A stretch of 64,000 nt of DNA from an uncultured Marinobacterium sp. (lineage in GTDB: Bacteria; Pseudomonadota; Gammaproteobacteria; Pseudomonadales; Balneatricaceae), in NCBI GenBank assembly GCA_947501565.1, contig CANMWJ010000002.1:348016-412015 (forward strand), read 5' to 3'. A program made the translations under genes and the position numbers. The notes beneath the pieces were generated by a model that did not search any database, was not told where the DNA came from, and worked only from the letters and a program-made list of their open reading frames with translations. Numbering within the stretch: the first letter of the stretch is position 1; each line of letters starts with the position of its first letter. This document shows positions 30,198 to 40,169 of the stretch, piece by piece.

Positions 30198-31436
30198 CTA
30201 ACCTTTAACACAGACGATCTGCTTCAGCGTCTGTACCACTTCAACCAGGTCGCTCTGCGCGGCCATCACCTTATCGATATCCTTGTAGGCGTGCGGGATC
30301 TCGTCGATCACGCTTTCATCCTTACGGCACTCCACACCATCGGTGGCGGCGATCTGGTCGTCGATGCTGAACACCTTTTTCGCTTTGGTGCGGGACATCA
30401 CACGGCCTGCGCCGTGGCTGCAGCTGTTGAAACTCTCAGGATTACCTAACCCACGCACGATAAAGGAGCGCTCGCCCATACTGCCCGGAATGATTCCCAG
30501 CTCACCCTTCTCGGCTCGCACTGCGCCTTTACGGGTGACGTAGCAGTCCTTACCGTAGTGGTGCTCGCGCGAGATGTAGTTATGGTGGCAGTTCACCGCC
30601 ATCTGTGCGGCATCAAACGGGATACCCAACTCTTTACGTAGCGCTGCGATGGCGTTATGCATCATGATCTCGCGGTTTTTACGCGCGTAATCCTGCGCCC
30701 ACTCGACCGCTTCCACGTAATCGTCGAAGTACTTGGAGCCTTCTTTCAGGTACGCCAGATCCCTGTCCGGCAGCTGGACCTGATGGCGCTCCATCTCTTT
30801 CTTCGCCAGCTCGATAAAGTAAGTACCGATACGGTTACCGACACCACGGCTACCGGAGTGCAGCATGATCCAGACCGCATCGTGCTCATCCAGACAGAGT
30901 TCCAGAAAGTGGTTCCCGGTACCCATAGTGCCCAGATGCACCACATTGTTGGTCTGTCGGATCGCCGGATGTTTCTCGCAGATACGCTCGAAGCGTGCCT
31001 GCAGGCTCAGCCACTCCTGCGCCACCAGTTCGGGGATATCCTGCCACGCACCCTTATCGCGTTTATTGCCGCGACCGCTGGTACGGCCATGCGGGACGGC
31101 GCGCTCAAAGGCAGCGCGGATACCTGCCAGATTATCGGGTAGCTGATCGGCACGCAGACTGGTTTTGGTGGCGACCATACCGCACCCGATATCGACACCC
31201 ACAGCGGCGGGGATCACGGCCCCCACCGACGGGATCACGCTGCCGATGGTGGCGCCTTTACCCAGATGCACGTCGGGCATCACGGCGATATGACGGTGCA
31301 CCAGATCCAGTTGTGCGATGTTCTCCAGCTGCTGCTGGGCGTCGGGTTCAAAGGGCACGTCGTTGACCCAGGCTTTGATCGGCACACGTCCTTTCTCGCT
31401 GATCAGCGTATAGTTGCTTGTTCTGTGCTTACCCAT
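30198..31436 (-). CDS. rtcB: RNA-splicing ligase RtcB
   Basis: 412 aa with motifs HIAVMPDVHLGKGATIGSVIP, VGVDIGCGM and HSGSRGVGN. AAGGAAAG SD. Confidence 0.85.
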   Translation of the reverse strand: MGKHRTSNYTLISEKGRVPIKAWVNDVPFEPDAQQQLENIAQLDLVHRHIAVMPDVHLGKGATIGSVIPSVGAVIPAAVGVDIGCGMVATKTSLRADQLPDNLAGIRAAFERAVPHGRTSGRGNKRDKGAWQDIPELVAQEWLSLQARFERICEKHPAIRQTNNVVHLGTMGTGNHFLELCLDEHDAVWIMLHSGSRGVGNRIGTYFIELAKKEMERHQVQLPDRDLAYLKEGSKYFDDYVEAVEWAQDYARKNREIMMHNAIAALRKELGIPFDAAQMAVNCHHNYISREHHYGKDCYVTRKGAVRAEKGELGIIPGSMGERSFIVRGLGNPESFNSCSHGAGRVMSRTKAKKVFSIDDQIAATDGVECRKDESVIDEIPHAYKDIDKVMAAQSDLVEVVQTLKQIVCVKG

Positions 31437-31472
31437 GGTTCACTTTCCTTACATTCTTTAGGTCACGGTGGA

Positions 31473-32528
31473 TCAGGTGATTTTGACCACACCGTTCATC
31501 AGGCCCTCAAGACCGCCGTATACCGTCAGGCTATCGATCTTCTCGGCCATCTTCTCCAGCGCTTCCAGCTCTTTCAGCCGCATCAGCGTTGGGTTGTTTT
31601 CCATCACCTTGGCAGTGTTGTGCAGACTACGCGTCGCGGCGGTCTCTTCACGCCGCTTGATCACGTTGGCCTCAGCCGCTTTCTGCGCCTCTACCACCTG
31701 ATTGAGGATCGCTTTCATCTCGCCCGGCAGGATGATGTCTTTCACACCCACGCTGAGCAGATTCACGCCGACCGCACTTAGGGTGTTTTGTACCAGTTCG
31801 TGCACGGTCTCATTGATATAGAGTTTATCCAGCAGCAGGTCGTCCAATGTTTTGGTGCCGACCGCTTCACGTAACGCCAGCTGCAGGGTTTTATAGACAA
31901 ACTCCTCCACCCGATCGACCTGCCGTGCTGCCAGTTCCGGATCTTCGATACGGATCGCTGCGCTGAGGTTCAGGCGCAAGCTGACCCGGTCTTTGCTCAG
32001 GATCTCCTGGCCGCTGATCTCCAGCTGCTGCTGCCGGGTATCGAAACTCTTAAGTTCGACGTTGTGCGCGAACTGCCAGTAACCGTGCAGGCCCGCCTCC
32101 AGCTTACAGTGATAGACACCGTCCACGTAGAGCAAGCCTACGTGATCCTTGGCCACGTTAAACTCTGCGACCGGTTTGATCGCCACGGTACGTTCGCTAC
32201 GGATCAGGCGTGCCGCATGGTTGGCACCCGCACGCTGCAACTGAATTAGCAGCGCCGTATCCAGCGCCAATGAATCGTTCAGATCAACGATCTCCAGAGT
32301 GCATTTGGCCGCCTCTTTCCACAGCATCAGGGTTTCACCCGGCGCAACGACACCGCGTAACCGGCCGTTCTCGTAGAGCAAACCTGCCTGCGTCTGGGTC
32401 AGGTGCCAGTGTTGCAGATGGTCTGCCAGCAGCGGATAGCTGTGATACAAACGCTCGGCATTTTTCGGCGCAAAGAACAGCTCATCGATATCAAAGTCAG
32501 TAGGTCCAACCGGCCCGGCATACGCCAT
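31473..32528 (-). CDS. SPFH/band-7 (stomatin-prohibitin-like) domain protein, first gene of the rtcBA operon
   Basis: SPFH core (FDTRQQQLEISGQEILSKDRVSL...VKDIILPGEMKAIL...EAQKAAEANV) and a coiled-coil C-terminus. No SD precedes ATG 32528. Confidence 0.65.
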   Translation of the reverse strand: MAYAGPVGPTDFDIDELFFAPKNAERLYHSYPLLADHLQHWHLTQTQAGLLYENGRLRGVVAPGETLMLWKEAAKCTLEIVDLNDSLALDTALLIQLQRAGANHAARLIRSERTVAIKPVAEFNVAKDHVGLLYVDGVYHCKLEAGLHGYWQFAHNVELKSFDTRQQQLEISGQEILSKDRVSLRLNLSAAIRIEDPELAARQVDRVEEFVYKTLQLALREAVGTKTLDDLLLDKLYINETVHELVQNTLSAVGVNLLSVGVKDIILPGEMKAILNQVVEAQKAAEANVIKRREETAATRSLHNTAKVMENNPTLMRLKELEALEKMAEKIDSLTVYGGLEGLMNGVVKIT

Positions 32529-32817
32529 AGGTGATGGATACCCGGTGTTAATACCTGTACCAGTTTCTGGTCGCGGAACATCAGCACGCGCTGGTTCTCG
32601 GCAACTTTTATACGTTTTCTGATCATCGTTTTACATCCTTATAGGGTGTTGGTAAGGGTCGTAAACTTGGGTGCATCCTCTCCCCGTACATAGCGGGAGA
32701 CGGCATCAGCTACGGCCAGTGCCTGCGGAGCGGTTGTCTGCATCCTGCTGCAACCTTTCGTTCGGCGTGGCAGTGAGCCGCCAGCGGTCTGGACGGCTTA
32801 CCAACCTGTTGTTTTTC

Positions 32818-32889
32818 AGTTTCAAGATGGGATTTGAACCCATAACAAACGAATTAAGATTCGTCGCTCTCCCGTTGAGCTACTTGAGC
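32818..32889 (-). ncRNA. tRNA-like element A in the rtc operon leader (possible YrlA-type Y-RNA module or tRNA pseudogene)
   Basis: Canonical U8-A9, D-arm GCTC-AACGGGA-GAGC and T-arm ATGGG-TTCAAAT-CCCAT. Anticodon loop is only 6 nt and the acceptor stem has 2 terminal mismatches with no CCA. Confidence 0.4.
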
Positions 32890-32905
32890 CAGTTAACCTG
32901 GCGGG

Positions 32906-32975
32906 TGCTTGAGGTGGGATTTGAACCCACGTCCGACGGGTTTCCCCGCCTGCTCTACCCCTGAGCTACAGAAGC
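32906..32975 (-). ncRNA. tRNA-like element B in the rtc operon leader
   Basis: D-arm GCTC-AGGGGTA-GAGC and T-arm GTGGG-TTCAAAT-CCCAC. 6-nt anticodon loop (GGAAAC), imperfect acceptor stem. Confidence 0.4.
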
Positions 32976-33100
32976 GATACCTTGGTTAAAGGTAACGGCT
33001 GCCTTGATGGCAGATGTGTTTGGTATACGCAGTCGCATCGCTTAGCGCATCGGCGTGTCTCAGAAACACAACCTTCAAAACACGTAATAGGTATTACAAG

Positions 33101-33116
33101 GCGTGTGCCAACTTGA
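33101..33116 (-). promoter_or_regulatory. Candidate sigma-54 promoter for the tRNA-like/SPFH/rtcBA transcript
   Basis: Minus-strand TGGCAC-ACGCC-TTGT has a perfect -24 element and correct spacing. The -12 element is GT instead of GC. Confidence 0.3.
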
Positions 33117-33260
33117 GTGGTGCCTAATGAAATTCACATAACATATTGATATTCATGAAATAAATCTGTCCCATTTTGCCATGCTGATGTTTAAGGTTTG
33201 AAACCGCACGTTTAAGCGAATATCTTTCCAGATAGATTTATATCGGTATGGATACGCTTT

Positions 33261-34859
33261 ATGAAAAAGACAGTCGCAGTCAGCCTTATCGGAACCCAGC
33301 TGGATTTCGCGGGAAAACGGGGAGATCGCTGGGCGAAGTGGCGCCCCAATGTCAGCCTCTGTAGCCAGGATGATCTGGTGATCGATGAGCTGCACCTGCT
33401 GCACGACAACCACCGCGAGCGACTGGCCCATCAAGTGATGGGCGATATCAACGCGGTATCGCCGGAAACTCAGGTTGAGCTGCACGCCAATAACTTTGTT
33501 GATCCCTGGGACTTCGAGGAAGTGTATTCCAAACTCTTTGACTGGTGCCAGGCACAGGATTTTGACCCGGACCAGAACGACTATCTGTTCCATATCACCA
33601 CAGGCACCCACGTCGCCCAGATCTGCATCTACCTGCTGACGGAGAGTCGTCACTTTCCCGGTCGTCTGATCCAGACCTCCCCGGATAAACACACGGAGAA
33701 ACATGTCGGGCGCGCACAGATCATCGATCTGGACCTCTCGCGCTACGATCAGCTGGCAACCCGTTTCGACAGGGAGCACCAGCTGGGTAGCGCTTTCCTG
33801 AAAGGCGGTATCGAAACCCGCAACAGCCAGTTCAACGCAATGATCGCCCAGATCGAAAAGGTGGCGATCCGCTCTCGCGAACCGATCCTGCTAACCGGCC
33901 CTACCGGGGCGGGTAAATCTCAGTTGGCAACACGCATCTTCCAGCTGAAAAAGCAGCGCGCGATGATCAGCGGCGATCTGGTGCCGGTAAACTGCGCCAC
34001 CCTCAAAGGTGAAAACGCCATGGCGGCCCTCTTCGGTCACACCAAAGGCGCTTTTACCGGGGCGCTGCAGGCACGCGACGGTTTCCTGAAGTCCGCTCAT
34101 CAGGGTGTGCTGTTTCTGGATGAAATTGGCGAATTGGGAGTTGAGGAGCAAGCGATGCTGTTGCACGCGCTGGAGAACAAAAGTTTCTACCCGGTGGGCA
34201 GCGATAAGGCGGTATCCAGCGATTTTCAGCTGATCGCCGGTACCAACCGCGATCTGAAGCAGGAGGTGCTGGAAGGACGTTTCCGACAGGATCTGCTCTC
34301 ACGTGTCAATCTCTGGAGTTATGAGCTGCCGGGCCTCAAAGACCGCCGAGAGGATATCGCGCCCAATATCAACTACGAGCTGATCGAATACGCCAAGCGT
34401 GAAGGCACCCACGCGGAATTCAACAAGGAAGCACGGGAGCACTTCCTGCGTTTTGCACAATCCGACAACGCGCTCTGGCAAGGTAACTTCCGCGACCTCA
34501 ACGCCGCGATCACCCGCATGTCGACGCTAGCGGATTCGTCACGCATTACGGTCGAGGATGTGGAAGCAGAGATCGAACGACTGACTAACTCATGGCAGAT
34601 CGACACCCAGCAGCACAGCGTTGAGGACTGCATCGTGCGCTACCTCTCTCCTGCAGAGATAAGCCAGCTCGACCGTTTCGATCGCAGCCAGCTCAACTAC
34701 GTGTTGGGTGTGTGCGAATCCCACAACTCGCTGGCCGCCGCCGGTCGTGAACTGTTCCAGGCCTCCAGACTGGAGAAGAAACAGACCAACGACTCCACCC
34801 GCTTACAGAAGTATCTGGCGAAGTTTGGTATTTCCAGCACTCAAATTGAAAGAAGATAA
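33261..34859 (+). CDS. rtcR: Sigma-54-dependent regulator RtcR (CARF-like N-domain + AAA+ + HTH)
   Basis: 532 aa. N-terminus MKKTVAVSLIGTQLDF is typical of RtcR. Contains GPTGAGKS and GAFTGA. Divergent from rtcBA. Confidence 0.85.
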   Translation: MKKTVAVSLIGTQLDFAGKRGDRWAKWRPNVSLCSQDDLVIDELHLLHDNHRERLAHQVMGDINAVSPETQVELHANNFVDPWDFEEVYSKLFDWCQAQDFDPDQNDYLFHITTGTHVAQICIYLLTESRHFPGRLIQTSPDKHTEKHVGRAQIIDLDLSRYDQLATRFDREHQLGSAFLKGGIETRNSQFNAMIAQIEKVAIRSREPILLTGPTGAGKSQLATRIFQLKKQRAMISGDLVPVNCATLKGENAMAALFGHTKGAFTGALQARDGFLKSAHQGVLFLDEIGELGVEEQAMLLHALENKSFYPVGSDKAVSSDFQLIAGTNRDLKQEVLEGRFRQDLLSRVNLWSYELPGLKDRREDIAPNINYELIEYAKREGTHAEFNKEAREHFLRFAQSDNALWQGNFRDLNAAITRMSTLADSSRITVEDVEAEIERLTNSWQIDTQQHSVEDCIVRYLSPAEISQLDRFDRSQLNYVLGVCESHNSLAAAGRELFQASRLEKKQTNDSTRLQKYLAKFGISSTQIERR

Positions 34860-35324
34860 CTGTATAAGAAAGGATCAGGATAGATCGATTGACCTCTTTT
34901 CCCCGGTTCAGACGACAAACAAGCGTTCATTCAATAACAATTAGTGCTAAGAACTGTATGTTTTTGGAATAAATTAGGAATTTTTCCTAGATCGCATTTC
35001 GGGATACAGGTGTACACTATTTGCACATTCAATAACCCATGAACCATTGCTCGGGGGGCACGACGATGAAAATGGGAAAATGTTGCGACCACTGCACGCA
35101 TCAGACCAGCCGGTCTGAACCACACGGTTACATGAATATGTTGTGCGAACTGGAGATCGGAACGATCTACCGTTGTGACGTGTGCGGCTCATCCTGGACC
35201 AAAAGTAACCATCGGGGATGGCTGATGTTACGGGAAGGTAGCAGACCGATAAAAACGGCGGCGGGATTCTGAGTTGTACTCCCGCCTACGCGGACCACGC
35301 AGTCTGCATACCCTGATCAACCGA

Positions 35325-36014
35325 TCAGTTACTCCCCTCTTCCAGCTCCTGTTTCAGCACACCAAAATTCTGTGCCAGATCCTGCTTAAGCTTATCCAAC
35401 ATCACCTTCGCATGTTGCACCTGCAGTTGTTCTTTATCGTCAGAGAGCGGCTGGGTGTTGGCGTGGCGTACACCGCTGACCATCACCTCCCCGGTGAGCG
35501 AATCCACCAGCTGGTATTCGAACAGGAAGGTCACATCCTGATCCCGTTTACCCAGTGCCAGTTCTGCGCCGGAGAGCAATAAACGGATCGGGATCACCTC
35601 ATTGATCTTCATCTGCTGCAGCGAAAGCGATACAGAGCTGATCACAGGGCGCAACGTCAGTACTCCAGCACCATTTTCAGACCTGAGCGGCACCTCCGCT
35701 GCATCCACCTGTGCAGCAAGAACTGCGTTGATCTCGTCACGGATCTGCGCCAATACCTCAGCACTGATCTGATCCCCTGCCTCAGGCTGTGGCTTGTAGA
35801 CCACGGGTAACACACGTACCGCGCGGTAGTCCCGCGGATTAAACCCCGGTGCAACCCAGCGCCATGCCTGCGTTTCTGAGGGAAGCTCCACCGCTTCCAG
35901 CTGCGTGTAGTTCTGGATAAAGCCGGACTGGCGCTCTTCCTTTACGCTGGTTCCGGTACAGGCAGTGATGACTGCACAGATAGAGGCGACACACAGAGTA
36001 CGTAGAATAATCAT
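35325..36014 (-). CDS. Lipoprotein of unknown function
   Basis: Lipobox VITAC after the signal peptide. AAGGAATA SD. Confidence 0.55.
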   Translation of the reverse strand: MIILRTLCVASICAVITACTGTSVKEERQSGFIQNYTQLEAVELPSETQAWRWVAPGFNPRDYRAVRVLPVVYKPQPEAGDQISAEVLAQIRDEINAVLAAQVDAAEVPLRSENGAGVLTLRPVISSVSLSLQQMKINEVIPIRLLLSGAELALGKRDQDVTFLFEYQLVDSLTGEVMVSGVRHANTQPLSDDKEQLQVQHAKVMLDKLKQDLAQNFGVLKQELEEGSN

Positions 36015-36192
36015 CGTTTAGTATTCCTTGTCACGAAAAGGGTTTGCTGGATGTGCTTTTGTGTAACACAACAATTACCGCTTACGTCAGCATAGATCAG
36101 TCTTTTCCGCGAGTTACGATAGGGACTGCAGCGATAACATGATAGACTCCGCGCCAGTTAAAATTCTAAACCTAATCAAAGGGACTTTACTC

Positions 36193-36936
36193 ATGAAGAA
36201 GCTCTTTTTCGCTGGAATCACCGGTCTGGCTGTAATGACAGCTCCAATCAGTGCGAATGCCGACTTTGCTGGTGTTTATGTTGGTGGTAGCTACTGGAAT
36301 GTCGATGCAGACGGTTCCATTGCTTCAGCGGACAAGCAGGCTGCAGATTTTGACTTCGACAAAGATGGTCAAAACAGCATTTACGTAACCATCGAGCACC
36401 CTGTGCCGTTTCTGCCTAACCTGAAAATCCGTCAGACTGACCTGGAATCCAACGGTACAGCTAACGTTACCGGCTTCGAGTTTAATAACATCACGTTCAA
36501 CGGCTCTGTTGCGACTCAGGTTGATCTTTCCCACACTGATTTCGTGCTGTACTACGAGCTGCTCGATAACATCGTCAGCGTTGATGTGGGTCTGAACGTT
36601 AAATACTTTGACGGTTCTGCAACCGTTACTTCCAATACAGATACCACTCGCGTAGATCTGAGTGCGCCGATCCCTATGGGTTACATGTCCGTTGAGGGTG
36701 TGTTGCCATTCTCCGGCTTTAGCGCAAAAGCTGAAGCAAACCTGCTCAGCATCGACGACAGCGAACTTAGCGACTACTCCGCAGAGATCCGCTACGAGGT
36801 TATCGACAACCTGGCGATCGATGTTGGTGTAACTGCTGGCTACCGTCGAATGACTATCAAGCTGGATGACATCGACGATATCGATTCCAACCTGACCTTC
36901 TCTGGTCCATACATCGGTGTTGAAGCTCACTTCTAA
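36193..36936 (+). CDS. Small outer-membrane beta-barrel protein
   Basis: Signal peptide MKKLFFAGITGLAVMTAPISANA, alternating beta-strands, C-terminal ...GVEAHF. Confidence 0.6.
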   Translation: MKKLFFAGITGLAVMTAPISANADFAGVYVGGSYWNVDADGSIASADKQAADFDFDKDGQNSIYVTIEHPVPFLPNLKIRQTDLESNGTANVTGFEFNNITFNGSVATQVDLSHTDFVLYYELLDNIVSVDVGLNVKYFDGSATVTSNTDTTRVDLSAPIPMGYMSVEGVLPFSGFSAKAEANLLSIDDSELSDYSAEIRYEVIDNLAIDVGVTAGYRRMTIKLDDIDDIDSNLTFSGPYIGVEAHF

Positions 36937-36973
36937 GCCCCTTTCCCGGCATAGAGTTGATCGATAAAAGAAA

Positions 36974-36996
36974 GGCTACCTCAGGGTAGCCTTTTT
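36974..36996 (+). terminator. Intrinsic terminator after the OMP gene
   Basis: GGCTACCCT-CA-GGGTAGCC followed by TTTTT. Confidence 0.65.
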
Positions 36997-37024
36997 AGTT
37001 TGTAGGTTTTTTAATCAGGCCAAT

Positions 37025-37096
37025 GTTGGGAGTCGCTCCGCTCGTCGCCAACCTACGGGGATCGTGTAGGTTGGACATCGCGCAGCGATGCCCAAC
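37025..37096. repeat. REP inverted pair (one unit of each family)
   Basis: GTTGGGAGTCGCTCCGCTCGTCGCCAACCTAC ... GTAGGTTGGACATCGCGCAGCGATGCCCAAC. Confidence 0.7.
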
Positions 37097-37122
37097 AATC
37101 CAACTACCCTTCCCTGACCCAT

Positions 37123-37152
37123 AAAAAAAGGCCACCCGAGGGTGGCCTTAAA
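37123..37152 (-). terminator. Intrinsic terminator downstream of qhpB (cluster 2)
   Basis: Minus-strand GGCCACCC-TC-GGGTGGCC followed by TTTTTTT. Confidence 0.7.
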
Positions 37153-37182
37153 ATGGTCGACAGAGTACGACCCCGCTTCAGA

Positions 37183-38343
37183 TCATTTCAGGCGTGCAAG
37201 ACGCAGATCGGAGGTGGACATATCACCGGTCAGCTGGATGCTGCCGATCTTCTCCAGCGTCGCTGCATCGTGTACAGAGATATCACTGGATGTACCACCG
37301 ATGTAGATGGTCTTGCCGTCACCGGTCATGTTGATGTTGTAGTAGGTGTGGTCCATCGCCTGCACACCCATGGTCTCACCGGTTTTCAGGTTGTGCTTGG
37401 AGAGCTGGTTAAATGAACCGTACAGCACATCTTTATCGTTCGGGTCGGTTACCCAGTTAAAGACGATAAACTCAAACGGTACGGTTTCGAAGCTCTCCAC
37501 CTTGCCGGTTTCGGTATCGATACGAACGTGGCCCCAGAGGAAGTCAGCCTGAGATTCGTCGCCCGGCGCACCGTTCCAGCGAATGGTGAAGTACGGCATG
37601 ATGAACTCGCCCACGTGCTCACCCATGGTATGCATCGCAAACGCATCAGGTGGAACCCACTTGTCCGGTGCACGATCCCAGTTCTGCAGCGCTTTGATCA
37701 TTCGCATCTCACCGGTTTTTGGATTGATCGCTTTCAGATCGCCGCCGCCCAGAATCACTTCACCGTTCTGCATGGAACCGATCTTGGTGATTCGACGGTC
37801 AACCGGGAAGCTACGTACCGGCTTGGCGTTCAGGCCGTCATCGGTGTTGAACACCGCCAGACGTGGCGCCATAGTTTCGAAACGGTCGGACAGCTTACGT
37901 ACCGGGTTCTGTACGGTGTACAGCTCTTTACCGTCAGCGCTGACCGCCATGGAGATAAAGCTCTTCACGGTTACGTTGTCGTAGGACTGCTTGGCGGAGA
38001 ACTTGATCTCACAGTTGGTGATATCGAAGCCGTATACGTCTTCCCACTTGTTGGTCATCACGTATGCGATGCGACCGTCCGGAGACATTGCGATACCGCC
38101 GTTGCCGAAGATACCCGGTACGTCACAGGTACGTACCAGCTGGTTGGTTTCGGTATCAACGATGTGCAGCTGGTTCGGACGGGTTACGGTCAGGATGTAC
38201 TCGTGACCACCCGCCTTCATGCCATTGATGGTGTCCGGCGTCTGGGCAACTTCGGTATTTACGGTGCTACAGCCCGCGAGCAACGCGGAAGCACCGATCG
38301 CGCCGGCCAATGCCGCACGCTTGAACATATTCGTCAGTTTCAT
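37183..38343 (-). CDS. qhpB: Quinohemoprotein amine dehydrogenase beta subunit, paralog 2 (possible lipoprotein)
   Basis: Collinear with 15647..16804. N-terminus ...ASALLAGCSTV contains a lipobox-like L-A-G-C. GGAGG SD. Confidence 0.8.
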   Translation of the reverse strand: MKLTNMFKRAALAGAIGASALLAGCSTVNTEVAQTPDTINGMKAGGHEYILTVTRPNQLHIVDTETNQLVRTCDVPGIFGNGGIAMSPDGRIAYVMTNKWEDVYGFDITNCEIKFSAKQSYDNVTVKSFISMAVSADGKELYTVQNPVRKLSDRFETMAPRLAVFNTDDGLNAKPVRSFPVDRRITKIGSMQNGEVILGGGDLKAINPKTGEMRMIKALQNWDRAPDKWVPPDAFAMHTMGEHVGEFIMPYFTIRWNGAPGDESQADFLWGHVRIDTETGKVESFETVPFEFIVFNWVTDPNDKDVLYGSFNQLSKHNLKTGETMGVQAMDHTYYNINMTGDGKTIYIGGTSSDISVHDAATLEKIGSIQLTGDMSTSDLRLARLK

Positions 38344-38358
38344 CGGATTAAGCCTCCA

Positions 38359-38679
38359 TCACTCTTCCGGGAAGACGCTGTCGATCTTGCGCCAGTCTTC
38401 GTTGGCCTTAGCCACATCTTGTGACCAGTTCGGGTGACTGCTCATGGTGTCTGGCACCTGAGCGGGCCACCAACAAGCGTCGGCGCAACCGTAAAGGTCG
38501 GATTCCATCGGCTGGCAGAGAGAGCCCAGGCCACCGAACGGGTCTACTTCCCAGCCCGGATCGTTTACGGAGGTACAGCCCACGATGGACTGCATCGCTA
38601 CAACCTCTTCCACCTCGTTCTGGGAGGTCGCCTGGTCGAGCATTTTGGCTTTTTTATTGAACGACTTAAGGTGTTTCAT
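38359..38679 (-). CDS. qhpC: QHNDH gamma subunit precursor, paralog 2
   Basis: Leader [10 protein letters not shown]...EEVVAM, then QSIVGC...E...LCQPMESD...[14 protein letters not shown] with Cys/Glu/Asp/Trp spacing identical to copy 1. AAGGAG SD. Confidence 0.85.
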   Translation of the reverse strand: MKHLKSFNKKAKMLDQATSQNEVEEVVAMQSIVGCTSVNDPGWEVDPFGGLGSLCQPMESDLYGCADACWWPAQVPDTMSSHPNWSQDVAKANEDWRKIDSVFPEE

Positions 38680-40117
38680 TTAAGAACTCCTTCTAGGAGA
38701 TACGTAAGCATCGAAGAACGCCGGGTTCTCGAGCATGATCCGCGAGTACGCCTCTACGCCGAAGTCCACCCAGTCTCTGAGCAGATCGCAGTAGTGGTAC
38801 GAAGGTCTCGCGGCATCGCCGTACTTCGCATAACTTTCGTGGTAACAACCACCAGAACAGATGTTGCGGATGCGGCAGGTTTCGCAGCCCGTGTTGCTGC
38901 GATCAAGACGCTGTTCGACAAACTCGCCGAGACTGGTCTTGTCGATCCCCTGGTCGACATCACCAAAGGTAGGCAGGTCCGATCCGGTGAAGCGGTGGCA
39001 AAGGTTGATACCGCCTTTGGTATCCACCGCCAGCAGGCCGACACCGGCACCACAAGGCAGCTGTTTCTTGTTGCCTTCGTGCAGGTCGGTCATCAGCTGG
39101 TGCATGTTGCCGTAACCAAAGTTACGGTTGTCCAGCGCCGCTTCGAGGTACTTTTTACCAAGGCGTTTCATGCCTGCGAACACCTCTATCATCTCCTCGG
39201 ACGTGAGGTTGAAGGAAGTGATGTCGCCGGAGGTCACGGGGCCAAAGCCCACCTCGGCAAAACCCAGACCGCTTAGGTGCTCAAAGATCGCTTCCACGTC
39301 GGTGATGCCGCGTGTCAGTGTCACACGACAACCCACTGGGCGCGCCGTATAGCGCGACAGCAGCATGTCGACCTTCTGTTTCACCACATCGTAGGTTCCC
39401 TGACCGCCCACGGTAATCCGGTTTTTATCGTGCATCGCCTTGGGGCCATCCATGGAGATGGTCAGGCCGAAGCGATGTTCGTTAAACCAGTCCACCAACT
39501 CTTCATTAAGCATGGTGGCGTTGGTGGTCATGGTGAAGCTGACCTCTGATTCCAGCGCGGCAAAACGCTCTTCACAATAGGCCACCACTTTGCGGATCAG
39601 CGGCATATTGGTCAGCGGTTCACCGCCAAAGAAAACCACGTTGTACTGACGCTGGTCGGGGGACTCCTCAAGCAGCATCTCGATCGACTTCACCGCCGTT
39701 TCGTAGGACATCTTGTTGCCCGCCGACGGTGTAGTCAGGTCCTCTTTGTAGCAGTAGGTGCAACTGAGGTTGCAGCCGGTATTGGTGTTGAGCACGATCG
39801 TCGTCAGCGGAAAGTTTTTCACTTTCTGCGGTTCGTGATTGATCTGCACTGCACCACCGTCGGAAACGATACGCAGAGACTTCAGCTCCTCAATCGTATC
39901 CATCACGTCTTCCGGCTGATAACGGCCATCGAAACGCTCACGAACCATCTGCGCAGTCACCCTTTCCTGCTCTGCAAACAGATCGATCAGATCACGGCTC
40001 AGACCGTCCAGCTCAAACAGACTGCTGGTCGGCACGTGGAACATCATCTTGCGCGTGTCCACATCCACCAGATGCATGTTTGGCTTCACCAGGGATAAAG
40101 AACCCATATCTACCTCA
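38680..40117 (-). CDS. qhpD: Radical SAM/SPASM maturase QhpD, paralog 2
   Basis: CNLSCTYC and a SPASM C-terminus. ATG 40117 (MGSLSLVKPNMHLV) has an AAGGGTGAGG SD; the track GTG is at 40140. Confidence 0.8.
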
Positions 40118-40169
40118 CCCTTATTGTTATTTCGCGTCACGCGAATCTGTCTGGAGGTTTATCCGCCGA

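Noticed and set aside
32818-32975. The two tRNA-like elements as ordinary functional tRNA genes (anticodons UAA and GAA)
   Set aside because: Both have 6-nt anticodon loops and mismatched acceptor-stem ends, and lack a 3' CCA context. They are better explained as tRNA mimics or pseudogenes.
35039-35272. 77-aa Cys-rich ORF (CxxC...CxxC) as a zinc-ribbon protein gene
   Set aside because: No SD before either candidate ATG and no supporting context. Left unannotated.
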